DNA of 64,000 nucleotides from Candidatus Ryanbacteria bacterium CG10_big_fil_rev_8_21_14_0_10_43_42 (GCA_002793915.1 PFEF01000006.1:97368-161367); one strand, 5' to 3'. Counted from the stretch's first letter, positions 1-9,609 are shown. Program-made: numbers and translations. Notes: generated by a model not told the origin, from the letters alone.

Positions 1-55
1 GTCTTTCAACATACGCACCTGAAGCGTACGCGTCTACCAATTCCGCCACTCCGGC
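1..55 (-). tRNA. tRNA-Leu(CAG), 5' part; 3' end lies outside the window
   Basis: Reverse complement reads GCCGGAGTGGCGGAATTGGTAGACGCG-TACGC-TTCAGGT-GCGTA-...: Leu-type D-arm, 5-bp anticodon stem, anticodon CAG. Confidence 0.9.
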
Positions 56-98
56 AATAAATAATTTTTAGCAGAGCTTTTATAGATTTCACCGCTTA

Positions 99-1841
99 CT
101 ACATTCCGCTTGTTTGCCAGACATTCTTCGTTTTTATATACCATGTATGTATATCAGTGAATCTATCTGAAGGAAGAACGACATTTTTAATGGAGATATT
201 GTGTACCGAGGAAGCGGGAACATATAAGTAATATGGACTATACAGAAACAGTGCCGGCATATCAGTAGCGATATATTCTCCGAATGTACGATATTTTTCT
301 TCGCGCTCTTCCGGAGAGGGTAGTGCATGAGCATCTGTAAGCAGGGTATCTACGCGCGGGTTTGTATACATGGCTATATTCAGTCCGGGATCGTTTCTTT
401 GGGAGGAGTGCCAGAATGCAAATGGATCGGGATCATGCGCCATAGCCTGGCCAAATAGTACGGCATCGTAGCGGCGCGGACGCAAGACATTTTGTTCAAA
501 ATCTCCAATTTCAAATACGGAAATTTCCACTTTTGCGCCAAGTTCATTCCACATGGTCTGTAAGAGGCGCGCCGTTTCCACGAGGTCGGGCGTGTCGGAT
601 GTGCTGATGGTAAAGGAAAGATGGATAGTTTCATCTTTGGATATTTTTTTATCACGTATGCCGTCCTCATCTATATCAATCCAGTCATTATCGGTCAATA
701 GCTGTTTTGCGCGTTCAAGATCAAATGCGCGATCACTGTAAAAATCCTGATCCAATGCACCAAATGTTTCCGGTGGGATAGGACCATAAGCGGGCGTACC
801 TTCTCCTTCAAGTACATTTGCAACAAGCATGTTTTTATCGATACTTAACTCGAGAGCGTCCCGCACCACATCATCGGTTAATGTTTTCGATGTGTTCTGG
901 TTAAGAAAGAGGCCAAACACGCGAGACAGAGGTAGACGAAGGATGGGGAATGATTCATGGATATGTGCGGCGGCGGAAGGAGGAACGGCACTCGCTGAAT
1001 CAATGCGTCTATTTTCAAGGGCAAGGAGAAGTTCTTCGGGTGAGGGAAAAAAGTGGAGTTCCAGGGTATTAATTAATGGTGTTCCCAGCACGTAGTGAGT
1101 GTTTGCTTCAAGAATGTACGTAGTAATGCCTCCCGTGCTGTTTTTTTCGAGCGAAACAACACGAAACGGTCCGGCGCCTATCGGCTCTATATTAAGCGGT
1201 GTTAAGGTAAATTCTTCCGCAGATACGGCGCTCCATATATGACGGGGGAGAATGCCTACGGTTGTATTTTCAAGGAATGGCGCGTACGGTTTTGCAAGTG
1301 TAAATTGTACGGTATAATCATCAATTTTTTCTGTGGCAACACCTTCCCAATTTGCCCGTAAAGGACTGCGATATGACGGATTGGTGGCAAGAGATATGGT
1401 AAATATCACATCATCCGCCGTTACGGGTGTTCCATCGCTAAAACGTGCGTCTTTGCGAATATGAAAGGTGTACACAATGCCATCTTCGGAAATGGTGTAA
1501 TCTTCTGCAAGATTCGGTATCACCGTTCCTGTGGAATCCAGTCGCATAAGGCCCGCATAGGTAAGGGCCGTCATATCTCTGTCGGTGTTTGATACGGCAA
1601 GAAGAGGGTTGATAAATCGGGGGATGCCGATGATGCCTTCACGCAACGTACCTCCGTTTGCAGGTACGGGTACGGAGTAAGCGCGACTAATCGAACCACC
1701 AAGGTAGATACCGGAAGCTATCAATAAAACAACAAAAAGCGCATATATACCTTTCTCACTTCGTGTTAAGAGGCGAGTTGCGGCGCGAAAGCGTAGTATA
1801 CGCGAAGGTTTTTGTAAATGATTATCGGAATCTTCTTGCAC
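99..1841 (-). CDS. ABC transporter peptide/nickel substrate-binding protein (SBP family 5), N-terminal membrane anchor
   Basis: GGTLREG, INPLL, YTFHIRKDARFSDGTPVTADDVIFT, PIGAGPFRV and FWHSSQ motifs of the OppA/DppA family. Confidence 0.9.
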   Translation of the reverse strand: MQEDSDNHLQKPSRILRFRAATRLLTRSEKGIYALFVVLLIASGIYLGGSISRAYSVPVPANGGTLREGIIGIPRFINPLLAVSNTDRDMTALTYAGLMRLDSTGTVIPNLAEDYTISEDGIVYTFHIRKDARFSDGTPVTADDVIFTISLATNPSYRSPLRANWEGVATEKIDDYTVQFTLAKPYAPFLENTTVGILPRHIWSAVSAEEFTLTPLNIEPIGAGPFRVVSLEKNSTGGITTYILEANTHYVLGTPLINTLELHFFPSPEELLLALENRRIDSASAVPPSAAAHIHESFPILRLPLSRVFGLFLNQNTSKTLTDDVVRDALELSIDKNMLVANVLEGEGTPAYGPIPPETFGALDQDFYSDRAFDLERAKQLLTDNDWIDIDEDGIRDKKISKDETIHLSFTISTSDTPDLVETARLLQTMWNELGAKVEISVFEIGDFEQNVLRPRRYDAVLFGQAMAHDPDPFAFWHSSQRNDPGLNIAMYTNPRVDTLLTDAHALPSPEEREEKYRTFGEYIATDMPALFLYSPYYLYVPASSVHNISIKNVVLPSDRFTDIHTWYIKTKNVWQTSGM

Positions 1842-1943
1842 GATAAATTAAAGAAGTGACAAAAATAAGGAAACAGAGATCGGTTTAGAGTATCGAACAC
1901 AAGATTATTATGGTAATAATCCCAAATTCCATGCTCCAAAATA

Positions 1944-2297
1944 TTATTCGTTTGATTCCCCTGTAGGTACGGCGTTCGGTATTGTGTTGATGGAAGGAAT
2001 AGTTGGTGCGCCGGATTCATCCGTTAGGGGGACGGTTTCTATATTGATCGACTCGGTTGTCGCCGGCTGAATTGTCTTGCTTACCACAATGGTAAGAAGG
2101 CCAACAAGCAAAAAGAGCGCACTTAGTATAATAGTAGCAATTAGGAGTCCTTTTTCAACACCTCGTTTGCTCTGATAAAATCCGCCTCCGCCAAATGTTG
2201 AAGAAAGACCCGTCCCTTTTTGTTGTAAGAGGATAACAGCGCCAAGTGTGATGGATATGCCGACTTCCGCATAGATCAAGATTTGTCCAAGATTCAT
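1944..2297 (-). CDS. secG: Preprotein translocase subunit SecG with low-complexity C-terminal tail
   Basis: Two TM helices flanking ILLQQKGTGLSSTFGGG...SKRGVEKGL. Confidence 0.9.
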   Translation of the reverse strand: MNLGQILIYAEVGISITLGAVILLQQKGTGLSSTFGGGGFYQSKRGVEKGLLIATIILSALFLLVGLLTIVVSKTIQPATTESINIETVPLTDESGAPTIPSINTIPNAVPTGESNE

Positions 2298-2303
2298 TCC
2301 CGT

Positions 2304-2332
2304 AGCGTACTACAGGTTGCTTGATAAGTCAA
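2304..2332 (-). promoter_or_regulatory. Sigma70 promoter of secG, leaderless spacing
   Basis: TTGACT-17 nt-TACGCT-6 nt-ATG on the minus strand. Confidence 0.7.
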
Positions 2333-2480
2333 ATGGTTTATTACAATAATATACACCAAGAATAGCGCAACCAAGGATAAGAATATGAATACTTTTCTTT
2401 GATGAAATAAATGACAATCACTTACTTTAAATAACGGTGTTTATGGTTTCCTATCTACTGCGGTATACTCAAAGTATAGC

Positions 2481-3086
2481 ATGAAACGCAAATATATTAT
2501 TGGTATAGATGAAGTAGGACGCGGACCGTTGGCAGGGCCCCTTACCCTTGGTGCCGTTGCCTTTTTCGGAGAAGGGGAAGAGCTTTCGAATGATTTCGGT
2601 TTAGGTGGCATAAAAGATTCAAAAAAACTAAGTCATAAAAGAAGGGTTGAATGGGCGATGAAAATAACAAAACAGCTTCCTTATGCGGTTTCATCAATAC
2701 ATGCTGGCGAAATTGATAGCGGTGGCATAAGTCGTGCGCTTAGAAAAGCGGTAGCGGATGTTTTGGAAAAACTGTTAACGGAAAACCCATCAATTTTTCA
2801 TTCAGAGTGTGTTGTTCAGTTGGATGGAGGATTGCATGCGCCTGACTTATTTACCCACCAGGAAACTATTATAAAAGGGGACGAAACTAATGCGCTTATA
2901 TCCGCCGCGTCCATTGTAGCCAAGGTATGCCGAGATGCCTATATGTGCCGGCTTCATGAAAAATATCCCGTATATGGTTTTGATAAGCATAAGGGGTACG
3001 GCACGCGATTGCATATGGATAATATTATTAAACATGGTCTCTCGCGTCACCATCGCAAGTCTTTTTGCCGGAATTTTATAAAATAA
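2481..3086 (+). CDS. rnhB: Ribonuclease HII
   Basis: IGIDEVGRGPLAGP, KDSKKL, IIKGDE, ISAASIVAKV.RD, HKGYGT, HRKSF motifs. Confidence 0.97.
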   Translation: MKRKYIIGIDEVGRGPLAGPLTLGAVAFFGEGEELSNDFGLGGIKDSKKLSHKRRVEWAMKITKQLPYAVSSIHAGEIDSGGISRALRKAVADVLEKLLTENPSIFHSECVVQLDGGLHAPDLFTHQETIIKGDETNALISAASIVAKVCRDAYMCRLHEKYPVYGFDKHKGYGTRLHMDNIIKHGLSRHHRKSFCRNFIK

Positions 3087-3162
3087 GCGAACTATATACT
3101 ACAAAGTTACCCCAACTTTATACCCCCTTGCTCTTTATTTTTTTATGTTGTAGAGTGTTCGT

Positions 3163-3444
3163 ATGTCTATACGCATGAGGCACACAAAGGCTCATAGAAA
3201 CGAACGGCGGGCTCATCACGGGCTTAAGCCTCTTCAGGCGGGTACATGTCCGAAATGTAAATCAATAATAATGCCGCATAATGTATGCGCAAATTGCGGT
3301 ACGTATCGTGGGCGGGAAGAAATTGACGTACTTGCAAAGCTCACGAAAAAAGAACGAAAACAGAAAGAGAAAGAACTTGCCGCCACCGAACCGAGTAACC
3401 AGCCGCAAGGCGAACCTAGTATGGAAGAAATGTCCAAAAGTTAA
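3163..3444 (+). CDS. rpmF: 50S ribosomal protein L32 with C-terminal extension
   Basis: RRAHH, CPKC and HNVCANCGTYRG zinc-ribbon pattern. Confidence 0.95.
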   Translation: MSIRMRHTKAHRNERRAHHGLKPLQAGTCPKCKSIIMPHNVCANCGTYRGREEIDVLAKLTKKERKQKEKELAATEPSNQPQGEPSMEEMSKS

Positions 3445-3513
3445 TTAAACAAAGAAAGACGGGTTTATTTTCTCAATGTAAGCTAAATCTACTATCTAAA
3501 CTAGTTCCTTAAA

Positions 3514-4419
3514 ATGGCTTCACGACATCTTGCGCGATCTATTGCCATGCAGACGCTTTACGAATGGGACTTTAAAGAAACCATCGGTATTTTGGTTTCG
3601 CGTGAAGATGTGTCCTCCATATTAAAGCGGGATATTGACGAGTTTGGTCCCGGACTTGAGGAAAAAGCGTTTGCTAAAAATTTAGTAGACGGTGTGCTTG
3701 ATCATGCAAGTGATATTGATGCCATTATTGAGAAGGCCGCACCCGAGTGGCCCATTAAACAAGTGGCAATTGTAGACCGCAATGTTCTTCGCATCGGTCT
3801 TTTTGAGCTTCTGTTTGGAAAATATGGAGAAGTGCCGCCCAAGGTTGCCATTAATGAATCTATTGAGCTTGCGAAAACATTTGGCGGGCCAAATTCCGGC
3901 AAGTTTATTAACGGTGTGCTGGGAACGGTATATCGGGAAATTGGTGAACCGGGCAAAGAGGATAAAGTACGCAGAGACTTGTCTCCCGAAGAGCGTGCCG
4001 AGCTTCCTGTGGAAAATAAAGTAGGGGCGGTTGTATTTCGGAAAGAAAAAAATACCAATCATTTCGCGCTTGTACATGATGTTTTTGGATATTGGACGCT
4101 CGCGAAAGGAAGCCCTGAAGAGCACGAAAAATTGGAAGACACCGCAATCCGGAAAGTTTTGGATGAAGCCGGGCTGGGGCATTCCCATGTAGTGGAGAAA
4201 TTGGGCGAGAATGAATACGTGGCGCATGATCCCGAAAAAGGGCGTGTGCGTCGACGTGTTACCTATTTTTTACTGGAAACAGCGGACACAAAACTCACAC
4301 TTAAGGAAACGGGCGGTCTTGATGATGTACGGTGGTTTGCGGAAAAAGAACTTTCCGATCTGAAAATGTACGATGATGTTCGTGGATTTTTTGCGAAAGC
4401 GCTTGAAATTATAAATTAG
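3514..4419 (+). CDS. nusB: Transcription antitermination factor NusB fused to a C-terminal NUDIX-fold domain
   Basis: RHLARSIAMQTLYEWD, VDRNVLRIG, VAINESIELAKTFG, FINGVLG; C-terminal WTLAKG...RKVLDEAGL Nudix-like box. Confidence 0.92.
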   Translation: MASRHLARSIAMQTLYEWDFKETIGILVSREDVSSILKRDIDEFGPGLEEKAFAKNLVDGVLDHASDIDAIIEKAAPEWPIKQVAIVDRNVLRIGLFELLFGKYGEVPPKVAINESIELAKTFGGPNSGKFINGVLGTVYREIGEPGKEDKVRRDLSPEERAELPVENKVGAVVFRKEKNTNHFALVHDVFGYWTLAKGSPEEHEKLEDTAIRKVLDEAGLGHSHVVEKLGENEYVAHDPEKGRVRRRVTYFLLETADTKLTLKETGGLDDVRWFAEKELSDLKMYDDVRGFFAKALEIIN

Positions 4420-4423
4420 TTTG

Positions 4424-4479
4424 TAGGTTGTAGGTGTCAGGTTAGAGGGGAAACTCTAAAGCTTGGCACCTAAAACCTA
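4424..4479 (+). promoter_or_regulatory. Long imperfect stem-loop directly upstream of rnc
   Basis: TAGGTTGTAGGTGTCAGGTTAGAG-gggaaa-CTCTAAAGCTTGGCACCTAAAACCTA, about 23 bp, ending 11 nt before the ATG. Confidence 0.6.
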
Positions 4480-4490
4480 ATATTTCTCTT

Positions 4491-5180
4491 ATGAAAGACG
4501 TAACTAAACTTGAAGAAATTCTTGGGGTAACTTTTAACGACAAAGATCTTTTAAAATCAGCCCTGACGCATCGATCGTATTTAAATGAAAATCCGTCATG
4601 GCCGCTTCCGCAAAATGAGCGTCTTGAGTTTTTAGGTGACGCTGTTTTGGAACTGGCGGTAACGCGTTATTTGTATCTTAATTTTGAGAATCCGGAAGGC
4701 GAGCTTACGAGTTATCGTGCGGCATTGGTAAATTCTATCATGCTTACGCGTTTGGCGGCCGATCTGAATCTTAACGATTTTTTACTTCTTTCTCGCGGTG
4801 AAGCCAAGGATGAAGGCAAGGCGCGCATGTATATTTTGGCAAATACGGTGGAAGCCGTTATAGGTGCAATCTATCTGGACGGGGGGTATGATGTTGCGGA
4901 GGCCTTCATTATGCGTGTCCTTATTCCTTATATGGATGAGGTTCTGGAAAAGAAATTATATCGGGATGCAAAAAGTTATTTTCAAGAAAAAGCACAGGAA
5001 GTTGAAGGTATTACGCCTACGTATCATGTTATAAAAGAATGGGGACCTGATCATGCCAAAAACTTTATTGTGGGAGTATATATCGGAGATAATCTTGTTG
5101 CCGAAGGAGAAGGGTCGTCAAAACAAATTGCGCAACAGCATGCCGCAGAAAATGGTATTAAGATAAAGGAGTGGGAGTGA
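4491..5180 (+). CDS. rnc: Ribonuclease III
   Basis: ALTHRSY, NERLEFLGDAVL signature, EAVIGAIYLD, C-terminal dsRBD. Confidence 0.98.
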   Translation: MKDVTKLEEILGVTFNDKDLLKSALTHRSYLNENPSWPLPQNERLEFLGDAVLELAVTRYLYLNFENPEGELTSYRAALVNSIMLTRLAADLNLNDFLLLSRGEAKDEGKARMYILANTVEAVIGAIYLDGGYDVAEAFIMRVLIPYMDEVLEKKLYRDAKSYFQEKAQEVEGITPTYHVIKEWGPDHAKNFIVGVYIGDNLVAEGEGSSKQIAQQHAAENGIKIKEWE

Positions 5181-5234
5181 TGTATCTATCCTTTTTTCCT
5201 TACCACTTCCGATTTTCTACGGTATACTAATTTT

Positions 5235-7454
5235 GTGAGCATCCTTAAACAACTGGAAATTACCGGATTTAAATCGTTTGCCAAGCCGGTAACGATAGAG
5301 TTTGACGCGCCCATTACCGGTGTTGTCGGCCCGAACGGTTCGGGAAAATCAAATGTATCAGAGGCTATCAAATGGGTACTGGGCGAACAATCCATGAAGT
5401 CTTTGCGTGGAAAGCGCGGGGAAGATCTTATTTTCAACGGTTCGGGTTCGGTGTCTCAGCTCGGCAAAGCAAAGGTTTCCATTACGTTCGATAATAGTAG
5501 TAAGGTGCTTCCTCTTGATTTTGATGAGGTGATTGTTTCGCGTGAGGTATATCGGGACGGAGCGAATGAATATAAATTAAACGGATCTTCCGTGCGCCTA
5601 AAGGATGTTGTGGAACTTATGAGTAATGTGGGCGTAGGCGGATCGGGGCATCATATTATAAGCCAGGGGGAGGCGGATAGGATTTTACATGCATCACCCA
5701 AAGAAAAGCGCGCCATGCTGGAGGATGCGCTGGGGCTTAAAATTTATCAGATAAAGAAAGCGGAAACGGAGCGCAAGCTTGAGCATACGGAAACAAACAT
5801 GGTCCAAGTGGAGGCTCTTCGTCGCGAAGTGGCGCCGCATCTGACATTTTTACGCACGCAGGCGAAAAAAGTGGAAGCATCAAGTAAGTTACGGGAAGAG
5901 CTTAGGCAAAACGTTGCGGAATATATTGCACGGGAAAAGCATGCCATTGATAAAGAATATGCTCGTGTGGAGGCGGAGGAGGCGCCGTATAAAAAAGCAT
6001 ATGAAGAACTTGAAAAAGATTTGCATCTCATACGTTCGTCTTTTCCGAAAGGAGATGAGAAAATAGATACGGCTCACCAAAAAAAACAAGAGACGTACCG
6101 GCATGAGATGAATGAAATAGAGGAGCAGTATCGTGGATTAGAGCGTGAATTCGGCCGTTTGGAAGGACAACTTGCTGTTCTGGCAAAATCTTCCGCACCT
6201 ATTGTCTCATCACACGATGAACGCCATATTGCGGTCGGGGAGGTTAAGGACATTTTAGAGGAAATGCTTTCAATGCTTGCCGATATGGAGAACAGTAGTT
6301 CCGTAAGGGATGTGCAGGAAATTATTACACGCATACGCACGCACGCGGAGTCATTTTTGGAGCGTCTTTCCGTAAAGAAACCAAAAGAGGATATTGACAG
6401 TCAGCCCGCGGAGGAAATACATACTCTCACGAAAGAGAAGGAGTTTATGAATGATGCTATGCGGAAGCTGGCGGAGAAACGGGATGAAATGAGCCTGGTG
6501 ATGCAAAAAGAGAATGAGGACTTTATATCTTCGCGTCGGGCGCACGCGGACGCGGAGCGGCGCATGCACGATCGGGAAGCGGAATTATATACGGTAAAGG
6601 AGACGCTTCAGAAGTATGCGTTTATGAAAGAGCGTGTTCGGCTTCGGGAAGATGAATGGACGCGCGAGCATGAAGAAATGAAGCATATAGTGGAACAAGC
6701 GGACATGGGACGTTATACAGAGGCGTTTTCCCGGGAGGAACGTGAGCAACTTCGCCGGTCTATCCAACGGCTTAAGATAAAACTGGAAGAAGTGGGCGGT
6801 ATTGATACTGCTGTTTTGGAGGAATATAACGAAGTCGCCGAGCGCGATCAATTTTTAGAAAAAGAACTTTCCGATTTGCGGGAATCGGACGAATCTCTTC
6901 GCGCGCTGATGGAAGAATTACAAACACACCTCGAACATGATTTTCAAAAGGGTATTACGCAGATTAATATCGAGTTTGCTCATTTGTTTCAGACAATGTT
7001 TGGGGGAGGCAACGCTTCTCTTATTACCGTTAAAGAAAAAAAACGAAAACAAAACCGCGAGGAAGAATATGAGCAGGAAGAAAATGGCGTTGAGGATGAT
7101 GGGGAAGCCGGTATAGAGATAGCTGTAGATCTTCCGCGGAAACGTATTAAAAATCTTGATATGCTTTCCGGCGGAGAGCGCGCTCTTACCTCAATTGCTC
7201 TTTTATTTGCGATGTCTATTGTCAATCCGCCGCCGTTTTTGGTGCTTGATGAAACGGATGCGGCGCTCGATGAAGCAAATTCACAGCGGTACGGTGCCAT
7301 GCTTCAGCAACTTTCCAAAGAAACACAGCTTATTGTCATAACGCATAATCGTCAAACAATGAAAGAAGCGGGTATTCTTTACGGGGTTACAATGGGATCG
7401 GACGGTATCTCGAAGATATTATCGGTTAAATTTAATGAAGAAAAAACGCCATAA
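5235..7454 (+). CDS. smc: SMC-family ATPase, short form (739 aa)
   Basis: GFKSF, Walker A GPNGSGKSN, coiled coil, LSGGE signature, LVLDETDAALD, ITH. Confidence 0.9.
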   Translation: MSILKQLEITGFKSFAKPVTIEFDAPITGVVGPNGSGKSNVSEAIKWVLGEQSMKSLRGKRGEDLIFNGSGSVSQLGKAKVSITFDNSSKVLPLDFDEVIVSREVYRDGANEYKLNGSSVRLKDVVELMSNVGVGGSGHHIISQGEADRILHASPKEKRAMLEDALGLKIYQIKKAETERKLEHTETNMVQVEALRREVAPHLTFLRTQAKKVEASSKLREELRQNVAEYIAREKHAIDKEYARVEAEEAPYKKAYEELEKDLHLIRSSFPKGDEKIDTAHQKKQETYRHEMNEIEEQYRGLEREFGRLEGQLAVLAKSSAPIVSSHDERHIAVGEVKDILEEMLSMLADMENSSSVRDVQEIITRIRTHAESFLERLSVKKPKEDIDSQPAEEIHTLTKEKEFMNDAMRKLAEKRDEMSLVMQKENEDFISSRRAHADAERRMHDREAELYTVKETLQKYAFMKERVRLREDEWTREHEEMKHIVEQADMGRYTEAFSREEREQLRRSIQRLKIKLEEVGGIDTAVLEEYNEVAERDQFLEKELSDLRESDESLRALMEELQTHLEHDFQKGITQINIEFAHLFQTMFGGGNASLITVKEKKRKQNREEEYEQEENGVEDDGEAGIEIAVDLPRKRIKNLDMLSGGERALTSIALLFAMSIVNPPPFLVLDETDAALDEANSQRYGAMLQQLSKETQLIVITHNRQTMKEAGILYGVTMGSDGISKILSVKFNEEKTP

Positions 7455-7535
7455 TGTTATGTATCATGTCTTTTCGGGAGTACTGTGTATGTGGGGGGAC
7501 TTGATTTTTAGCGGATATCCTGTATGATAGGCACC

Positions 7536-7949
7536 ATGGTAACTATACGACTCCAACGCGTGGGAAAACGGAACGATCCGAGTTATCGGGTTGTTTTGAC
7601 GGATACCCGTCGCGGACCAAAAAGTGGTGGGTTTATCGAGATTCTAGGATCTTACAATCCCAAACAAAAAGGGTCTTTCCGCGTGAAGGAAGATCGTGTT
7701 TCGCATTGGATTGCATCCGGCGCACAGGCATCGGATACGGTGCATAATTTGCTTGTCAGTGCAAAAGTAATTGATAAGCCAAAAAGGAATGTTGTACCGC
7801 CCGCAAAACCAAAAGCGGAAAGCGAAGAAAAGGAAGCAGTAAAGGAAAAAGAAGAAAGCGTGGAAGATAAACCGTCTGAATCTAAGACGGCAGATGAGAA
7901 AAAAGATGAGAATCCTCCGGCGGAACAGGAAGTATCGGAAGAAAAATAA
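7536..7949 (+). CDS. rpsP: 30S ribosomal protein S16 with acidic tail
   Basis: MVTIRLQRVGKRNDPSYRVV, IEILGSYNP, GAQASDTV; start moved to ATG 7536. Confidence 0.97.
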   Translation: MVTIRLQRVGKRNDPSYRVVLTDTRRGPKSGGFIEILGSYNPKQKGSFRVKEDRVSHWIASGAQASDTVHNLLVSAKVIDKPKRNVVPPAKPKAESEEKEAVKEKEESVEDKPSESKTADEKKDENPPAEQEVSEEK

Positions 7950-7954
7950 AATAG

Positions 7955-7982
7955 TTGACTTTTTAATAATATATGCTATAAT
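7955..7982 (+). promoter_or_regulatory. Sigma70 promoter upstream of khpA
   Basis: TTGACT-16 nt-TATAAT with extended -10 TG. Confidence 0.7.
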
Positions 7983-8101
7983 TTTTGTTATTCATACAGG
8001 AAGGTCGATTTACAGATTATCGGAATCGGAGCATATCCAAGTAAATCTCGGTTAGTGGCAGAAAAACAGATTTTCGGATGTGTTCTCTAGCGAATGAATC
8101 A

Positions 8102-8416
8102 ATGGCATATTCTGATCAGGATTTCCTTGAATTCGTTGTAAAGGCTCTTGTAGACAACCCCGAAGAAGTTTCGGTTGACCGCAAGGTTGATGAGATGGGA
8201 GTTCTTCTTACTCTCAAAGTAGCTCCTTCAAACATGGGGCAGATCATCGGCCGTAACGGTGCTACAGCAAAAGCCATTCGCAGTCTTCTCCGTGTTGTGG
8301 GCATTAAAAATAATGCACGCGTAAACCTCAAGATAGAGGAACCGGAAGGCCGCGAAGAACGAATACGGGAAAGCAGCAGAGGCGTTGACGACGTTGTTGA
8401 CGATCTAAAGCTCTAA
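8102..8416 (+). CDS. khpA: KH-domain RNA-binding protein KhpA (YlqC family)
   Basis: VKALVDNPEEV, MGQIIGRNGATAKAIRSLL GxxG loop; conserved position after rpsP. Confidence 0.9.
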   Translation: MAYSDQDFLEFVVKALVDNPEEVSVDRKVDEMGVLLTLKVAPSNMGQIIGRNGATAKAIRSLLRVVGIKNNARVNLKIEEPEGREERIRESSRGVDDVVDDLKL

Positions 8417-8430
8417 TACGTATCTTTAAT

Positions 8431-8465
8431 AAAAATCACCGCGACAATTGCCGCGGTGATTTTTC
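8431..8465. terminator. Intrinsic terminator, probably bidirectional
   Basis: AAAAATCACCGCG-loop-CGCGGTGATTTTT between convergent ORFs. Confidence 0.75.
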
Positions 8466-8505
8466 TTTGTATGTTGTATGCGAAAAATAAAAAAGGCGAA
8501 ATGCC

Positions 8506-8739
8506 TTATTTGTGTACCACTATAATATCATTATGTCTTGGCGAAAAATGAAGCTCCGCCGGCGAATCCGCCGGTGCGATAATTCTTGTCGCTATCGGCA
8601 TGCCGATAGTGCATACGCCTATAATAACGGCGCATATTTCAGATCCTAAACAGTAAACACCGTGTGATAAAGAGCAAGCCATAATCCCAAGAGTGGCTAT
8701 GTTCGCCGCAACCAAAGAGAGAAAGATATATACCTTCAT
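8506..8739 (-). CDS. Small hypothetical membrane protein
   Basis: 77 aa with two hydrophobic segments; preceded by AGGGGAGG; fills the khpA-trmD gap. Confidence 0.5.
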   Translation of the reverse strand: MKVYIFLSLVAANIATLGIMACSLSHGVYCLGSEICAVIIGVCTIGMPIATRIIAPADSPAELHFSPRHNDIIVVHK

Positions 8740-8852
8740 AGACCTCCCCTATAGATACAATATACATCTACTCTCTATAATACATTATATTTTAAAATAG
8801 AAAAGGATATAGATTATTTTCTATATGGCATTCGCTAGTATATACTATCATT

Positions 8853-9560
8853 ATGCGATTCGACATAATAACAATCTTTCCGCGTATATTTGATTCCTAT
8901 TTTGGAGAGTCAATTATTAAGCGTGCACAGGAAACAAAAAAAGTATCTTTTCATGTGCACAATCTGCGCGATTATGCAGAAAATAAGCATCATCAGGTTG
9001 ATGATAAGCCGTATGGGGGCGGTGCCGGTATGGTTCTGATGGCGGAACCGATTTTAAAAGCATGTGTCAATCTTAAGAAAAAGAAAAGATCGGAGCAGGA
9101 GAAGGAAAAAGTGGTTATCTTTTCGGCAAAAGGAAAGCTGTTTACGCAAAAAATGGCGCAAGACTGGGCAAAAAAATATGACCGGCTTATTTTTATCACC
9201 GGACGATATGAAGGAATTGATGAGCGTGTGAAAAAAGTGTTGAAGGCGGAGGAGGTTTCTATAGGACCATACGTTCTTACCGATGGGGATGTGGCGGTTA
9301 TGGTGGCGGTGTCTGCTGTAACGCGCCTTATTCCCGGTGTTATTACATTTGAATCACTGAAAGAGGAATCGCATTGGGCGCGCGTATTATCCAAGGAAAA
9401 GAAAGGAGATCATATGCCTTCGAGCGGTACATTGGAATATCCGCACTATACGCGTCCGGAAGTGCTTGAATATAACGGAAAAAAGTATCGCGTTCCCAAG
9501 GTGTTATTATCGGGGAATCATAAAGATATAGAGAAGTGGCGCAGTGAACACAGAACATAA
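8853..9560 (+). CDS. trmD: tRNA (guanine37-N1)-methyltransferase
   Basis: VDDKPYGGGAGMV, GRYEGIDERV, EVSIGPYVL, LEYPHYTRP, LLSGNH. Confidence 0.98.
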   Translation: MRFDIITIFPRIFDSYFGESIIKRAQETKKVSFHVHNLRDYAENKHHQVDDKPYGGGAGMVLMAEPILKACVNLKKKKRSEQEKEKVVIFSAKGKLFTQKMAQDWAKKYDRLIFITGRYEGIDERVKKVLKAEEVSIGPYVLTDGDVAVMVAVSAVTRLIPGVITFESLKEESHWARVLSKEKKGDHMPSSGTLEYPHYTRPEVLEYNGKKYRVPKVLLSGNHKDIEKWRSEHRT

Positions 9561-9580
9561 GCACTCCCTTCTTCGTGGGG

Positions 9581-9609
9581 TTGACCGCCGGGCAGGATAT
9601 GTATATAAT
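9581..9609 (+). promoter_or_regulatory. 16S rRNA promoter
   Basis: TTGACC-17 nt-TATAAT about 135 nt upstream of the 16S. Confidence 0.85.
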
